Shown here: positions 27,461-39,821 of the stretch, piece after piece
Layout: the number at the start of each line of letters is the position of its first letter
Position numbering within the stretch: the stretch's first letter is position 1
NCBI GenBank assembly: GCA_965285935.1
Contig: OZ260667.1
Span: forward strand, 23,188,001 to 23,252,000
DNA: 64,000 nt
From: Ophelia neglecta
Lineage: Eukaryota
Direction of reading: 5' to 3'
The notes under the pieces: model-generated
The model's input: only the letters and a program-made list of their open reading frames with translations
What the model was told of the DNA's origin: nothing
Databases searched by the model: none
Position numbers and translations under genes: made by a program

Positions 27461-28256
27461 TTAATAATAATGATACCGGTAAAAGAACAAGTTTCCTGTG
27501 GATGCAAGCGCGATAACGACTATGGTCCCAACGGTACCGAAGATGAGAGAAGCTACTGAACACCAGAGGGCCACTTTGGAGTTGCTTTTTGCACCTTCCA
27601 AATTTCCTCGAGCATTTTCCTCGTTGGTGCGCACGGCGAAGATGATCGCAGCGATACCTATCGGCCAGCAGCAGCAAAGGCAGGTGAAAATGGCGAATCC
27701 CAGGTAGCTGGACACGTACTGACTTGTATTCGTTTGATTAACAACCACAACTGACGTCTGTCCCGGTTGTCCAGGGTAAGGCTGCCCCGGATATTGTGCT
27801 TGTCCCGGATATGGCTGTTGCGGATACGGCTGCATTCCATATGCCGGCGGGGGTTGTTCTAAAATTAATTCATTTTTCAAATGATCCATCTAATCGACAA
27901 CAATAAACTTATGACACTCTGGCTTTGTCCTGTCGACAACCAGCGATTATTGTTATATACAAATAACGATATATAGGTGAGTTTGAATAACACATAAAAA
28001 CCATCATTATTTAAAGTGGTCATGTCTGAATTTACCCTGATAATTGACTTTGATCTAACGTTACTTCATCGGCTGAATAAATTACACCAAAGTGAGCAGG
28101 GTGTTCTGATTTAGATTAATCACTCGATATAATTATAAAGTCAATGGCTTATTATTTTGTAAGTCGTCTGCCTCATTTCATTTAGGCTCGTCCATTTGAT
28201 GGATCGAATAAAAGATAAATACCTGGATTATAAGGTGCTGGTTGTTTATTGTCCAT
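27461..28256 (-). CDS. CD225/dispanin gene, copy 4; complement(join(27461..27858,28223..28256))
   Basis: First coding exon MDNKQPAPYNP+G|gtattt; acceptor ttttag|AACAACCC giving EQPPPAYGMQPYPQ...; CD225 core almost identical to copies 2 and 3. Confidence 0.92.
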
Positions 28257-28792
28257 TTCTGATCTGTAAGCAATTTATGAATGAAAGACATGTTATTCCA
28301 TAAACTCTATGGTAAAAATACGGATATGGAGTTAATTAGCATTATTTTGGCAATTATTCATTATGTGATTCCATCAGAAGGTTTAATTTACAATGCCACA
28401 GTTATTCAGATTGAGTGACTGTTTTGAACCAGTTGCTCCAAAATTCTTATTAAATTAGCTATTATTTAGTCAGAAGCCACTTTTTCCACAAAATTCTATT
28501 ACTACACTAAAATATTCATTATGATATGATCAGAACTTTCACGCAGGTTGATCCGAATTAGGGAAATGATAGCATCTTCCCAAATGAGGAAGAAATCCAC
28601 TTTATGGCCCAACACCATTTTTCGCACTAAACTTGTGTCCTATTTCACAATGGGCAGTAAACGCGCTCTATGATGGCGACCCCTTTCTCTGCATGCCAAT
28701 GGCCTTCTTGTTATTAATGATTTTTTCTTCATTTAGCAGACTTCAAATATTTAAATTCGTGAAAAAGGTAATGTTTTAAACAAATATTGATG

Positions 28793-28798
<6 letters not shown>

Positions 28799-28825
<27 letters not shown>
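28799..28825. repeat. (TA)n microsatellite
   Basis: Direct observation. Confidence 0.9.
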
Positions 28826-28828
<3 letters not shown>

Positions 28829-29869
28829 TTTTTCAGGAAATCCTACACTATTTTTACCTGATGATTTGTTTGTATTTCCTTCTATCGTTTAGCGAATCAT
28901 TTTCATTTTGCGCCTGGTAAGATACCTTCCCTCATGGAAGGTATATTTAAGAGTGTATTTGCTCGTTGTGTGTAAAATGTAACATGAAAACTTTCAACTT
29001 TCTTTCAACATAAATTACTTTAAAAATATACCATGTACATTTACCTCGAGGTTGCCAATTCCTATGAATATGTGTTTTAAACAGGTTGAATTCAAGAGTA
29101 ACGTCCACCTGGTTGGCAATGTGTTTCCTAGTGTTATCTCGTGAAAGACTCGGTACTGAAAACGGGACTGGAATACATAAGATGTTAAGCGTTTCATCTG
29201 TTGCAAGTCATGTTTCGTGTACCCGTAGAGCGCAAGGAGTAATTTTATGTGCTATTTATAATACCATGGCCACTTTCTATGCTTCACATTTTCTAGTTTT
29301 TGGAAAGATGCTTTTTCCAACAGAGCAGACTATTAATACACAGTGTGTTTGGAATTTTTGTTAACAGGTTTGTTATTTTATTTACAACTGGTTCTATAGG
29401 ACTGGGTCTGAGGGTAAGCTGGCATCGACTGACCACAAGGAAGGAAATCCAACAAATTTGCTCTTAATAAATTTTATCGAAGTGTGTATATTCCGAATTA
29501 AGAGAGGGTACCATTGGCGTTGGAAGTATAGGATAAAGATAATTGAACACTGGTTGAAGTTAATTGTACCTTTGGGTTAGCCCATCAGTGTACAATGCAA
29601 TAGTTATCAATCGTGTATGCTTATTCATTTTTTATTTTATATATGGCAAATGATCCCGTCTTCCCAGTGTATCGTCAAATTGTGGCCTTTTATAATTACT
29701 TAATTGTAGGCTGAATAATTTTTATTCCATATTATATACACTTTTCACGTGTGACGTTCTGTCTTTACGTGGCTTATTTTGCGAACCTGTGATGTTTCTT
29801 AGGCGATCATTTTTTGATTTCTTACCAAACAAACATTTTCAAAATGATAAATGTATGCCCGGTCGGTCA

Positions 29870-30100
29870 TAACTGAACTGAACTGAACTGAACTGAACTT
29901 TTATTCAATCAAATCAATAATAACATGCAAAAAAAAAATATATATATACATATATATTCCAACCATAATGCTACATAAAGACAATTATTAACAAAATAAG
30001 TATTTACAATCGAGAGATTAGTTTGGTTGGGAGACCCCCACGAAGTCCCAAATGGACGCTACCATGAGGGCGACCCAAAAAAAATAAATAAATAAATAAA
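29870..30100 (-). mobile_element. Probable 3' tail of a CR1/L2-type retroposon with a (GTTCA)n tail
   Basis: The minus strand reads ...gattgaataaaag followed by (ttcag)x5-6. A polyA-like signal followed by a short tandem-repeat tail is typical of L2/CR1 3' ends. Confidence 0.4.
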
Positions 30101-31149
30101 TGATAGTAAAGATTGGTCGGCAAAAAATATGATTCTTAGTGATAAAGGATAATAGGCTTTCTTCGTATTTATTGGACATTGGCAGCAAATTGTATTAGTC
30201 CTGTGTCGCAAAATGTCTACCCTGGCGGCTAAGTATTTAAATCGAGGGTAAAATAATAGTTTATAGTTGTTATCAGGAACAACTGCAATACCATTTCATA
30301 TAATTATAAAATTAATTTGAAACAGATTTATCAAATTTCTTTCATGTGTTACCAATTTTTTATCATTTGTGTTCATCTGTTTACCACTTTGTAAAACGAC
30401 CCGCTTGGAAAAAAGTTGAAAGCATGGTCTTTGCCAAAACATGCGCAAAAATGTGTAACGTACATATTCACGTAAGCATTTAACAAACCTATTAGGGAAT
30501 TCCGTTTACATATTCCGTGACAGGTAACACGAGTCAGCTTCCTTGTTTCTTGCTTGCTGTTTTCGTGTGCCTAACAAGTATGCCTAAGTATTATATTCCA
30601 TCGTCAGCCTGGAAGACTTTTGCCAATCAAATTACTTCATTATCGTGAACCAATGTAGTGTTTTTCCTGTTGGAGAAAAGGCCAATACCTAACACTTTTA
30701 TCTAATTGGTTTCAAAGTGGAGCTGTGGGGAAAAAGACATATGTACAAAACAGAGTGTAATAGTTGGCTTTCTGTCAAATGTAGTTGACTCTATCATAAC
30801 ACCTAGTAGAATATCTTACAAAATTCTACTTTCAGCCGACTAATTTCCCCTATTTTTTCTATTAGTTTTTGTTCAAATGCTATATACTCGCTCAGAACAG
30901 GACCTGGAACTTGCTTATTATTATTATGTGTTGGGTGTGCCCATTCTGTAATATTATTATTAAAAATTAAGGATCTTTATTCTGGATTGCATTATCGGTA
31001 TGTATTATTTTCCTGCCTAGGATCCATTGACATATTAACAGTATACACACGATTATACGGGTAATACATAGGACGAGTTAACATGCATTCACACGCATGA
31101 AAATAAAACCATTTATAAATAAAAGAAGATGATAATTCATGATATAGTC

Positions 31150-31957
31150 ACATGAGAACTTAAGTAGATCTGATTGACTTTTTTAAATACAGCATCAAAT
31201 TTTGAACAACACCCGTAGGTTGATTCCCCAAATATAAAGCACAACTGTCTCTCACAACTTCATAAATTTGCGATAGAATAGGAACAAGAATATTAGAAGA
31301 ACTATTACGTGTTTTCCGAGTGTGATATTCGCTTACTAGTGTCTAACGATCCTTCAGACTCATCGGTGCTTGACTATTAAGACATTTAAACGTATACATC
31401 TTGGTAAAATATACCATGTGTTGTGCGACGGTGTGAAGGCCCAAATCAGAAGCCAAGTCCAAGCCTCTCTCATTGTACTCGAAGTTTCCAATTATGAACC
31501 TTGCTGCTTGTTTTTACACTTTTAAACCTTCTTTGGATTTGTGTTAGAGCAAAAACCCCATACTGATACTAGGCAGTAATCAAAGTGAGGTTGTATGATC
31601 GTTAAAGAATACATCAGCATTTAGCTCATTTCGCAAGCGACCCTACATAAATAGTTTGAACGAAATCTTCACCGCTGGTCGTGCAACATGTTGTAGAGTC
31701 GGCCAATACTTATCCCAAATATCTATAATCTTTGACACTTGATCATAATATATCCGAAAGAATCATTTATTTCGGCAGATCTCTTTATTTTTTTATGGGT
31801 CACTTTTCATAGTGCGAACATCATTTTTATTTAACCTTAAGGTGTTTTTCATCGAACCAGATAACTAGTAGTCGATGTCATACTGTAAAGATTTCTCAAT
31901 CACTTCATAACTGTATTCAATAGAATAAATGGCGGTGTCATCATCAAACAAATCCAC
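31150..31957 (-). mobile_element. Decayed L2/Crack-type LINE (reverse transcriptase C-terminal half; frameshifts and stops)
   Basis: Minus-strand translation across frames gives VDLFDDDTAIY (YADD motif), LQYDI, WFDEKHLKV, VKDYRYLG, IIQPHFDYC..VWGFCS, AARFIIGNFEY, FKCLNSQAP and HTRKTR, in canonical RT order. Confidence 0.8.
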
Positions 31958-33385
31958 CTGCTAAAATGCTTGCGCGAACTCCCACAGGACAACGGTCGGG
32001 TGTAACAGGATTAAGGGACCACTAGATCTCTTAATCACTGGCTGTAGGACACGACTCAAATTAAAGTATTCTTTTTACCCTTTTTTTCTGATTTCATGTC
32101 TATTTCTGGACAAATTTAGAGTTTAGGACACAAATCGGTCTGGGGATGAGCGCCAGGAGGTAGTGTGTTTGACAACTGTAGCGAACTACTTTATATGTTG
32201 TACAACAGGCTAATAAAGAGCTAAATTACATCAGACGCCCGTCCGCTACTAATTTAAATGGCTATTTGTAGATTGCATTTAAATAGTGATTTGAGCAACT
32301 GAATGCTACAAATTGCTATAGTTCAATGCGTTTATAAGTTTACCCATAGTCCCGGGCGCCTACGTGTATCAGCATCGTACAGGTAATAATCGCCCCAAAG
32401 CTCTTTACCTACTCGCAGAGATTGCTTTTGCACGTTGGACGAGCTTGACATCGAGCACTCACATAGCGGAGAGTTCTTAATCCACCAATGCATTGACAAA
32501 CGAATGTGAGTGACGGTGAGGCTAAAGGCATGGACTTGCAGACGATCGATAAAACATCACATACAGGAAACATACAAACTGGCGATACCTGATCTCCGAC
32601 CACCATGAAGATAGCGACAGTCGTGTCGCAGAACCCAATAACTGGCGTTTTATAACCAACACAGGTAAGCTTGAGATATCTTTCCAACTCCAGAAGGGTA
32701 TAATTAACCTGCTAACAAACTTGAGCACGGCTACAGAATGTTTATGTACCGTGGAAACCATGTCGCTCTCATGTCCAACAATCTCAGCATTTTCATGGAC
32801 AGTGATGGCCGTGGTAAAATCAGGAATATTAATTTATATCTGATGCAACGTAGCACACAATATGCTTTGTGGCTTTAACAGTAACAACGGCAATATATTG
32901 TGGAAATCAGTTAGTTAAAAGTGCCATGTATAGTTTATGGTCAACCATTTCAGAATGTGATAAAGATCGATTGTTCTACTGCAATATGCTGAATATGGTT
33001 TATTTCTTTCATACGGGCAAGTATCAGACCAAATGACATTGTTTTTGATTCTGCAAGTCTGAACAGGCTGCTTAGAATACCAGGAAACAAGCCAGTTACT
33101 TATAATGCATACCCATACCCATGCTGCGGGTAGCAGACTCATGCGTTAATATAAACAGGCTACCTGAAATGAACACTGGAATGGAAAACCAAAATGATAA
33201 TAGACTAATTTAACTTTGTTTGACACTGCATGGTTATAGTTAATTAAAATATAGAATATTTAGCATTTGTCACTTACTGGAGAATTGGGCCAAATCATCG
33301 ATTGGTTATGTTTGGGACTTACTAAAATATTTCAAGAAAATGTATTATACAGTTGACATAATTTACAAGTCTACCTATTATATGG

Positions 33386-33508
33386 TAATGCAGGGGATTT
33401 CGTGCATCGTTTAATGTCGCGCAGTAAGTAGCCTTATTCCCCCGCCATGTGCGCGGAATAAGCCTAATTACTATGTGGAATTAACGACGCGGAAAATTGA
33501 CTACATTA
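33386..33508. repeat. About 120-bp palindromic foldback element
   Basis: taatg.ag...cgtttaat..cagtaagtagccttattcc [loop] ggaataagcctaattacta..attaacg...ct.catta. Confidence 0.7.
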
Positions 33509-33704
33509 ACCCAGGGCGCAGAATTACCCAACTTCCTGTGTAAAATTAGCCCACTGCTGCGGGAAATTAGCCGAACTTCTGCTCAGCATCAAACAATGTC
33601 CGATATTACCCGCATTTACCTTACTGTGAAGAAACATTTGGAATGCCCACTTGCATAGCAGGGCACTTATAGTACGTTCTCTGTTTACAGGTTTGAATGT
33701 CAAC

Positions 33705-34813
33705 ATGGCGTACCTGCACACGTCAACCGCCTACCCAGACGACATAGTGTGCCATGATAAAGGTAAAGCTAGGAAACTATTTCCTATAAAAACCTTAGCA
33801 GATATTTTTAGGCTACATAAAATCTGGCTTCTGTCTTGCAAACCGCATGTGAAACAAATATTTAAGGTGTCTGATTTGTTCATTTATTAGTGGATGTAAT
33901 GGCAGTTTTTCTAGTGATTGCTTTTTTTATTAGACCTACATTTCTGGAATTGGATAATAGCATGAAACATGTTCATAGTTTGGAATATGTCAAAGTTTTG
34001 TTTTAGAAATAATGTTCTGCAGTGCTGATGCATAAAAAGTATTAGAGCAGCCAACTTCCACTATGGTAAGACCGAATTCAGCAGGCTATTAAAACGCAGT
34101 TTCCACCAAGCTTAGACTAATGGAATGAAACGAATTGATATACCAACCCTATTACATAAGGCTCATGTTACAGTATTTGAAATATACTGTTAACGGTATA
34201 CATTACATGAAATGTCTATGTCTATCCAGGAGAACAATACGCCACAGCATATCGAGAAGACCCACAGCTGTCACAGTCGCGCAGGGCGCTAGGCTACCCG
34301 TACCAGTCACAAATCTCGGCAGACGAGACCTCAGGACTAAAGGAAGCGGAACCAAACCTGAATCAAATATCGGGTGAATTGTATCCGCTGAAAATGCCTA
34401 GTCAGCAATTCTTCCCTCTAGGATCAGGGCAAACATCCGCTGAATCAGAATTTACAGAACCAAGCCAGGAATATTTACCAACCGAAAAAAAATCCGTTCA
34501 ATCACTCTCGTTGCGCTTAAGCCAAAAAAGGGTTGTTGTGGCATCCTCACCGAAGGATCCCTCCACCAATTTTCCGTTGGCCATCTTGGCTACGATTCTT
34601 TTCTGTCCAGTCACCGGCGCATTTGCCATTTTGTACGCGGTTTTCGCCCGTAAGAGGATACGTATCGGCCATATGGGGGCAGCAGCGGGTTACGGTTGTA
34701 TATCTTTGTGCTTTTCGATAGTGTCCATTGTTATCGGAATGTCGGTGTACATCGTAATCATAGTGATTGCAGCTACTCGTTACCGTTTGATACAGTATGG
34801 TTATGGAAACTGA
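33705..34813 (+). CDS. CD225/dispanin gene, copy 5 (divergent); join(33705..33762,34230..34813)
   Basis: tttacag acceptor at 33690; MAYLHTSTAYPDDIVCHDK+G|gtaaag; phase-1 join to atccag|34230 stays open into the 34379 ORF. CD225-like PKDPSTNFPLAILATILFCPVTGAFAILYA...GHMGAA plus a C-terminal TM. Confidence 0.85.
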
Positions 34814-36920
34814 ACCAAAATACTTCTTTCTTCTGTTATGGAATATTTCTGTTTAATGTCATTATAATCAACAATTTTGTGTAATTAAATGTAAATGTGA
34901 TTCGCTCGAGCTCACAAGGCAGCAGATAAAGACAAAATTTTTCTACAGATTAAATTGAATTCTCTGCTGTTTGCGGCACAGAACAAACACTTATACCTGC
35001 GCAATTTGTCCGCAACAAGCAGCAAATATTTATAATTTGCAAAAACAAATATGGCTTAAACTCGCCACGTCCAACCCTTTGTTTAGGTTTCAATGCAAAT
35101 TTAATGAAAATTTATATTGTCTAATAAATAAGTATTTAATATTTTGTGTTGCTAGTTTATGGTTTTATTATTGTAATTACTTTTCGAGTGCTTGGCCAGA
35201 TTTTCCAGAGGACAAAATGAATAGAATCGTAAAAATAACATTGAGTATTACGATGCTGTTTTATGGCGAAGCTACTGATCTACAACAAACCGTGAAGTAC
35301 ACATATTATTGACTCATTTTTTGTGTTGTATGAGGTTTTAATTTTAAAAGGAGTTCTGTATTATATCTTTTATTTCCACTCTAATTCAATTCTTCTTAAA
35401 AAGCTTCGATGTTGCTTTGTGGGGTTTGGTTTAATTAAACATTTGCATCGTCTGTCACATCCCCAACATACCATATCCACTGAAATAAAATGGGACGCCA
35501 TTCATTTAAATCATTTAAAAAAAGATCAGTATAGCGTGTATTGATGTATATATGTGTTGTTTGTTCACTATTTATATTGATTTATATTGGTTATGAAGTG
35601 CAATGTTTTAGGTTCATACATTTAAGTGTATACATGTTATACTGAAATTAAAGTAATTAATAGACTAGTTATGATAAATTCACATTGGCGAGTTATAAAC
35701 CGAGAGAGTTACTATTTATAATAGCAAAGCTAGAAAACTTTAGTATTTATTGTAATGATGCTGTAATTCACTCTTTGCCTAGACTTGTTATACCGTGTTT
35801 TAAACACTACCATTATGTATTCCATTGCATTCGTGAAACATTACTACTTTTAGTTGGCGGAGGAACAGCTGGTGTGCTTGATATTGTTAAACCATTTTTA
35901 TGCTACAGTTGGGCAGGAAAATAATTAGGTAAAACCCATGAAAGCACACAGCGGACAGCATTAGATAAAATTATTCCATGATCTCAATATAGGCCTAATA
36001 TGAAAATTGATTACACTGAGAAATAATTATGTCCCGATAGCAATGTGCTGCTTAACCCATGTAAATGACTATTACAGGATAGCAGCCTAGTATTCTCTGC
36101 CCCCTGTTTAAGGTATCGGCGTTATGCTTGGGTGCCTGCTGAAAAATCTAGGTCGTCCATGTATAATGTGATTGTGAGGTTAAAGAAGGTACAATCCAGT
36201 AGTTTCCAATGAAATATAAATAATGACCAACTTGTATATACACCAAATAGATAACAAAATTAAAGAAGAAAACGTGATTTTGCGGCCAGTATTGGCTCAT
36301 TGCCATCTTAAGCATAATTAGGAATCGAGAGAAGGGGTTGGTGAGGAACAAATCACATTCGTTAATTCCTACCTTACACAGCCTCCCAAGCGACCACGTG
36401 ACTGAACCGTTTTGTATACATAAACAGTGTACTCCGTGCTTTTCATAGTAAACTGCTAGTGTCGATATTGGGCCTCACTAGGTCAGCACAACAGGTGAGT
36501 TTGGGAAATCGTTAAAACATTCTTTATCAACAATTAATCTGCTATATGATCGATTTCGATATTATTCATTTAATTTTAAGCGTATTTTCTTGATTGCGAG
36601 ACGCACGTACGAGATGCAAGGGGGTGTTGCACAAACCTGAATGTTGTAAAGCTACGAAGTGGCGTCACTTTAATCACTTCTAATATAAGAATGCATCCAA
36701 AATAACCACAGTCTTGAGAGATGTATCAGATACTTTCATCATAAAAATAGGGTCGCATATTCTTAAGAGAGTCTCCCGATGGACAACTTTCATATAAACA
36801 GTACAATACAAGCAGTATTTCATATAAACTATTAGCCTCACAGTTAAAATGTCAATTACAATCGTCTGCTAAGAAAGTTATGTTTTTGTTCCAGTACACT
36901 AAAGAACAACGGAATTAAAC

Positions 36921-37799
36921 ATGAGTCGTGCTAACTCCTCTACCGAATCGGAAGGCAACCGCGTGTCTTTTATGCCAGGTAATTAGGGTTTATACTGACG
37001 TGTACAGCATGCACCATTAAAAATAATGAAATGTTTGTGATGCATATATACGCCGATGAATAGAAAGCGGGTAAATATAAGCACGTGATTGCCACCATAT
37101 AAAGTATACAATAATAATTATGTTCTACCAGTCGAATTGGTTAACAAGTACTTTATTAATGTTTATAAAAAAAAAAAGGCCAAGGGACATAGAATAATTT
37201 TACATTCAGTCTAATATAGGGATTTCCACAAATACTGTTCCTTGAGAAAATACCTGATTAATGCAGATAAATACAAAGAAGAAAAGAAACAACCGATGAT
37301 GCAATCTCTGGAGCCGGAATACCTTGAACCCGTAGACACGCCTACAAAAAAAAGCTCCCACCACCAGTACCCTGTCGATTCCACTTCTCAGCAGCCGTAC
37401 AAGTATGGACCCCCTCCTAATCCTTATAACCAATCTATGGAACCCCCTCTTCAAGCGTCGTCTCAGCAGGGTTCTCTAGAACACGAGTCAAGCATGGCTA
37501 GTACCTTCAAGACACAGGTCAATCACTTCGTATCACCAGCCGAGCCAATTTTATGGTATCATTGGTGCCTTGCCATAATGGCAATATGTTGCTGTTGTGT
37601 TTGGGGAATTATATCAATAATTTTACTATGCATGGGTAAATCGGCCGACAGTGATGGTAGAAAAGGACAGGCGGCAGGATACAGTTATATGGCACTGATC
37701 TTTAGCATGGTTGCCATCGCCATTGGCACTATTGCTCTGATTGTAATCATAGCTCTGGGGGTGTCGCATTACGAATACTTGGACTTTTGGATTTATTAA
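36921..37799 (+). CDS. CD225/dispanin gene, copy 6 (divergent); join(36921..36978,37267..37799)
   Basis: MSRANSSTESEGNRVSFMP+G|gtaatt; the in-phase acceptor ctgattaatgcag|37267 gives an open frame. CD225-like WCLAIMAICCCCVWGIISIILL...DGRKGQAAGYS..ALIFS plus a TM. A 5'UTR exon ends at 36494 (cag|gtgagt). Confidence 0.85.
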
Positions 37800-39821
37800 A
37801 GTGTCTGCGAAATAATGCTACACATATGGCTTACCATATTTTTTGTTGGCACGGCGGTATAAGTGTACAAAGCTAGATCCATTTGAATTGAATTGTGAGA
37901 AATACAATGTAGATAATAATATTCACTTAATTGTTTGCAATCAAATGTTCCTGTATCATAAATCGCGAATATTTTATTGAGGTTGACGTATATTTTTAAT
38001 GTCGCGGCAAATTTAAGAAGAGTTTGCTATTTAGGCAGCATTCAAAATGCTTATAATAATTTAGAATGTATAATTCTTAGTGAAACTATTTGGCGTAGTA
38101 CCTCATCTTAAATGTGTAGATGAAGCTGGTAATTTGCTTATACTAATTATTTCGCAGATAGATTACTATTTGCCTGTTACATATTCCATTTGTATATTAT
38201 GCGTTTTTTCTCTATGGCAACTGTGTTGTTCTTCGTTCTTTATTCATACCTTTATTAATTAGTGTAAATAAAATGGTTTATTTTATATTTTTACATTAAC
38301 ATATGTAACGCATATAAAGACATGCGGAAACTTGTATGTTTGTCAGTGATGAATAAAACCAATAAACATATATTTTTTTATTCCAACTACATAAAAATTA
38401 TAGTCAAGGTATATAAATGATTGAATAAAAGGACAATAATGACACATTCAATTTGATGTTGACCAAGCACCTTTACGTGAAAAGCAAGCACATATGGTTT
38501 ATTTTTACACTTTGAATTCGTTCTAGTGAGAATAGGCATCCTAAGATTCCACTCCTGGTGGTGGCTGTTTGGAAGTTATGGCTGTAATTGTTCGAATCCA
38601 GTCCCCAAATAACGCTGTTTTATTTTCCACGGTGCATGTGTGAGGCAAGAATATGTGCAGACGAAGTTATTTACCCATTTAGTAAAAAAAAAAACATGTC
38701 TTTCATAAATCCACCCATACCTTGGAACTGTTTATATAGCCCTCCTAAATATCTATCCTCCTGATTCAAACTGTTCTAAGTCTACCGTCTATGTGCATTG
38801 TATTACCAAATATTTAACAATATTATTCCTCCTTTCTTCTTTTTATTATACAAAAATGTACAAATATCTCACATGTGAATCAAACAGAGAAAAGCAGAGG
38901 TAACTAGCTAGCGTATATTGTGGCTGAAGGTTTGTTTACAAAATAAATAACTTATGTAGGTCATGAAAATGTACGAACTGCACGATGCACAATAAGAAAC
39001 AGTTTGATAAAAAAAAACATAACATTTGTAACTAGTATTTTATTAATATAGAAAAAAAACCGCAAACACAGAGATTTAACATTGGGTGTTATTTCAATAA
39101 TACCGACATGGACATTTTAAATGTGAACACACTGCTTATAGAGCAGTGCTTACCACATCGTGATGAATATGCTGTGTGTTGTCCACATTGGTGTGGTTTC
39201 TTGATTCTTCACGCGATGTTTTTCTACCGGGCACCGGATGCGCATTATATATCTTGCCGGGAGTCACGTGTTCCGAAAGCACGTGACTGTATAAATCTGA
39301 CCCTGAATTGTGTCTTCGGTGTGGCACTGGTGGCGTCTCCTCCAAGTAATTGCCAATATCAGCGTCTGGATAATATAAAAGCCATAAAATTTATATTTTG
39401 CGGTTGATAAAATAAGTGAAAGCAAAGAGGAGTCCTTTAAATGGGAATTGTGTATTGTGGATCGTGTAACTGAACGGTGCCTATTTATTGCCTTTTTCAA
39501 ACTTTATAGTAATATCCAGTAGTAGTACTTGTTTAAAAAAACAAAAAAAAATCTACATTGAACAAAATGGTACGATTATTGTACTTAATCACCGTAAAAT
39601 TGTTATCAACATTATATCTACGCTATTGAAATCTCTTGATTATATATATATGTATATATTTGCACCGGAAGATCAAAGCTCACCTGCTCTTCAACTATAC
39701 TAGGTCCATGACTCCCCGTGTAACCACAACATAGAGAAAACTTCCTAATAGTATGCGTTTTGAGAGGTTTCAGTTATAGAACAGTGTCCTAAAAACCATT
39801 TTAAACGCTTACCTGATGACT

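Noticed and set aside
32409-32761. Cys-rich minus-strand ORFs
   Set aside because: No recognisable family; the region more likely contains a 5'UTR exon of dispanin copy 5 (cag|gtaagc at about 32664).
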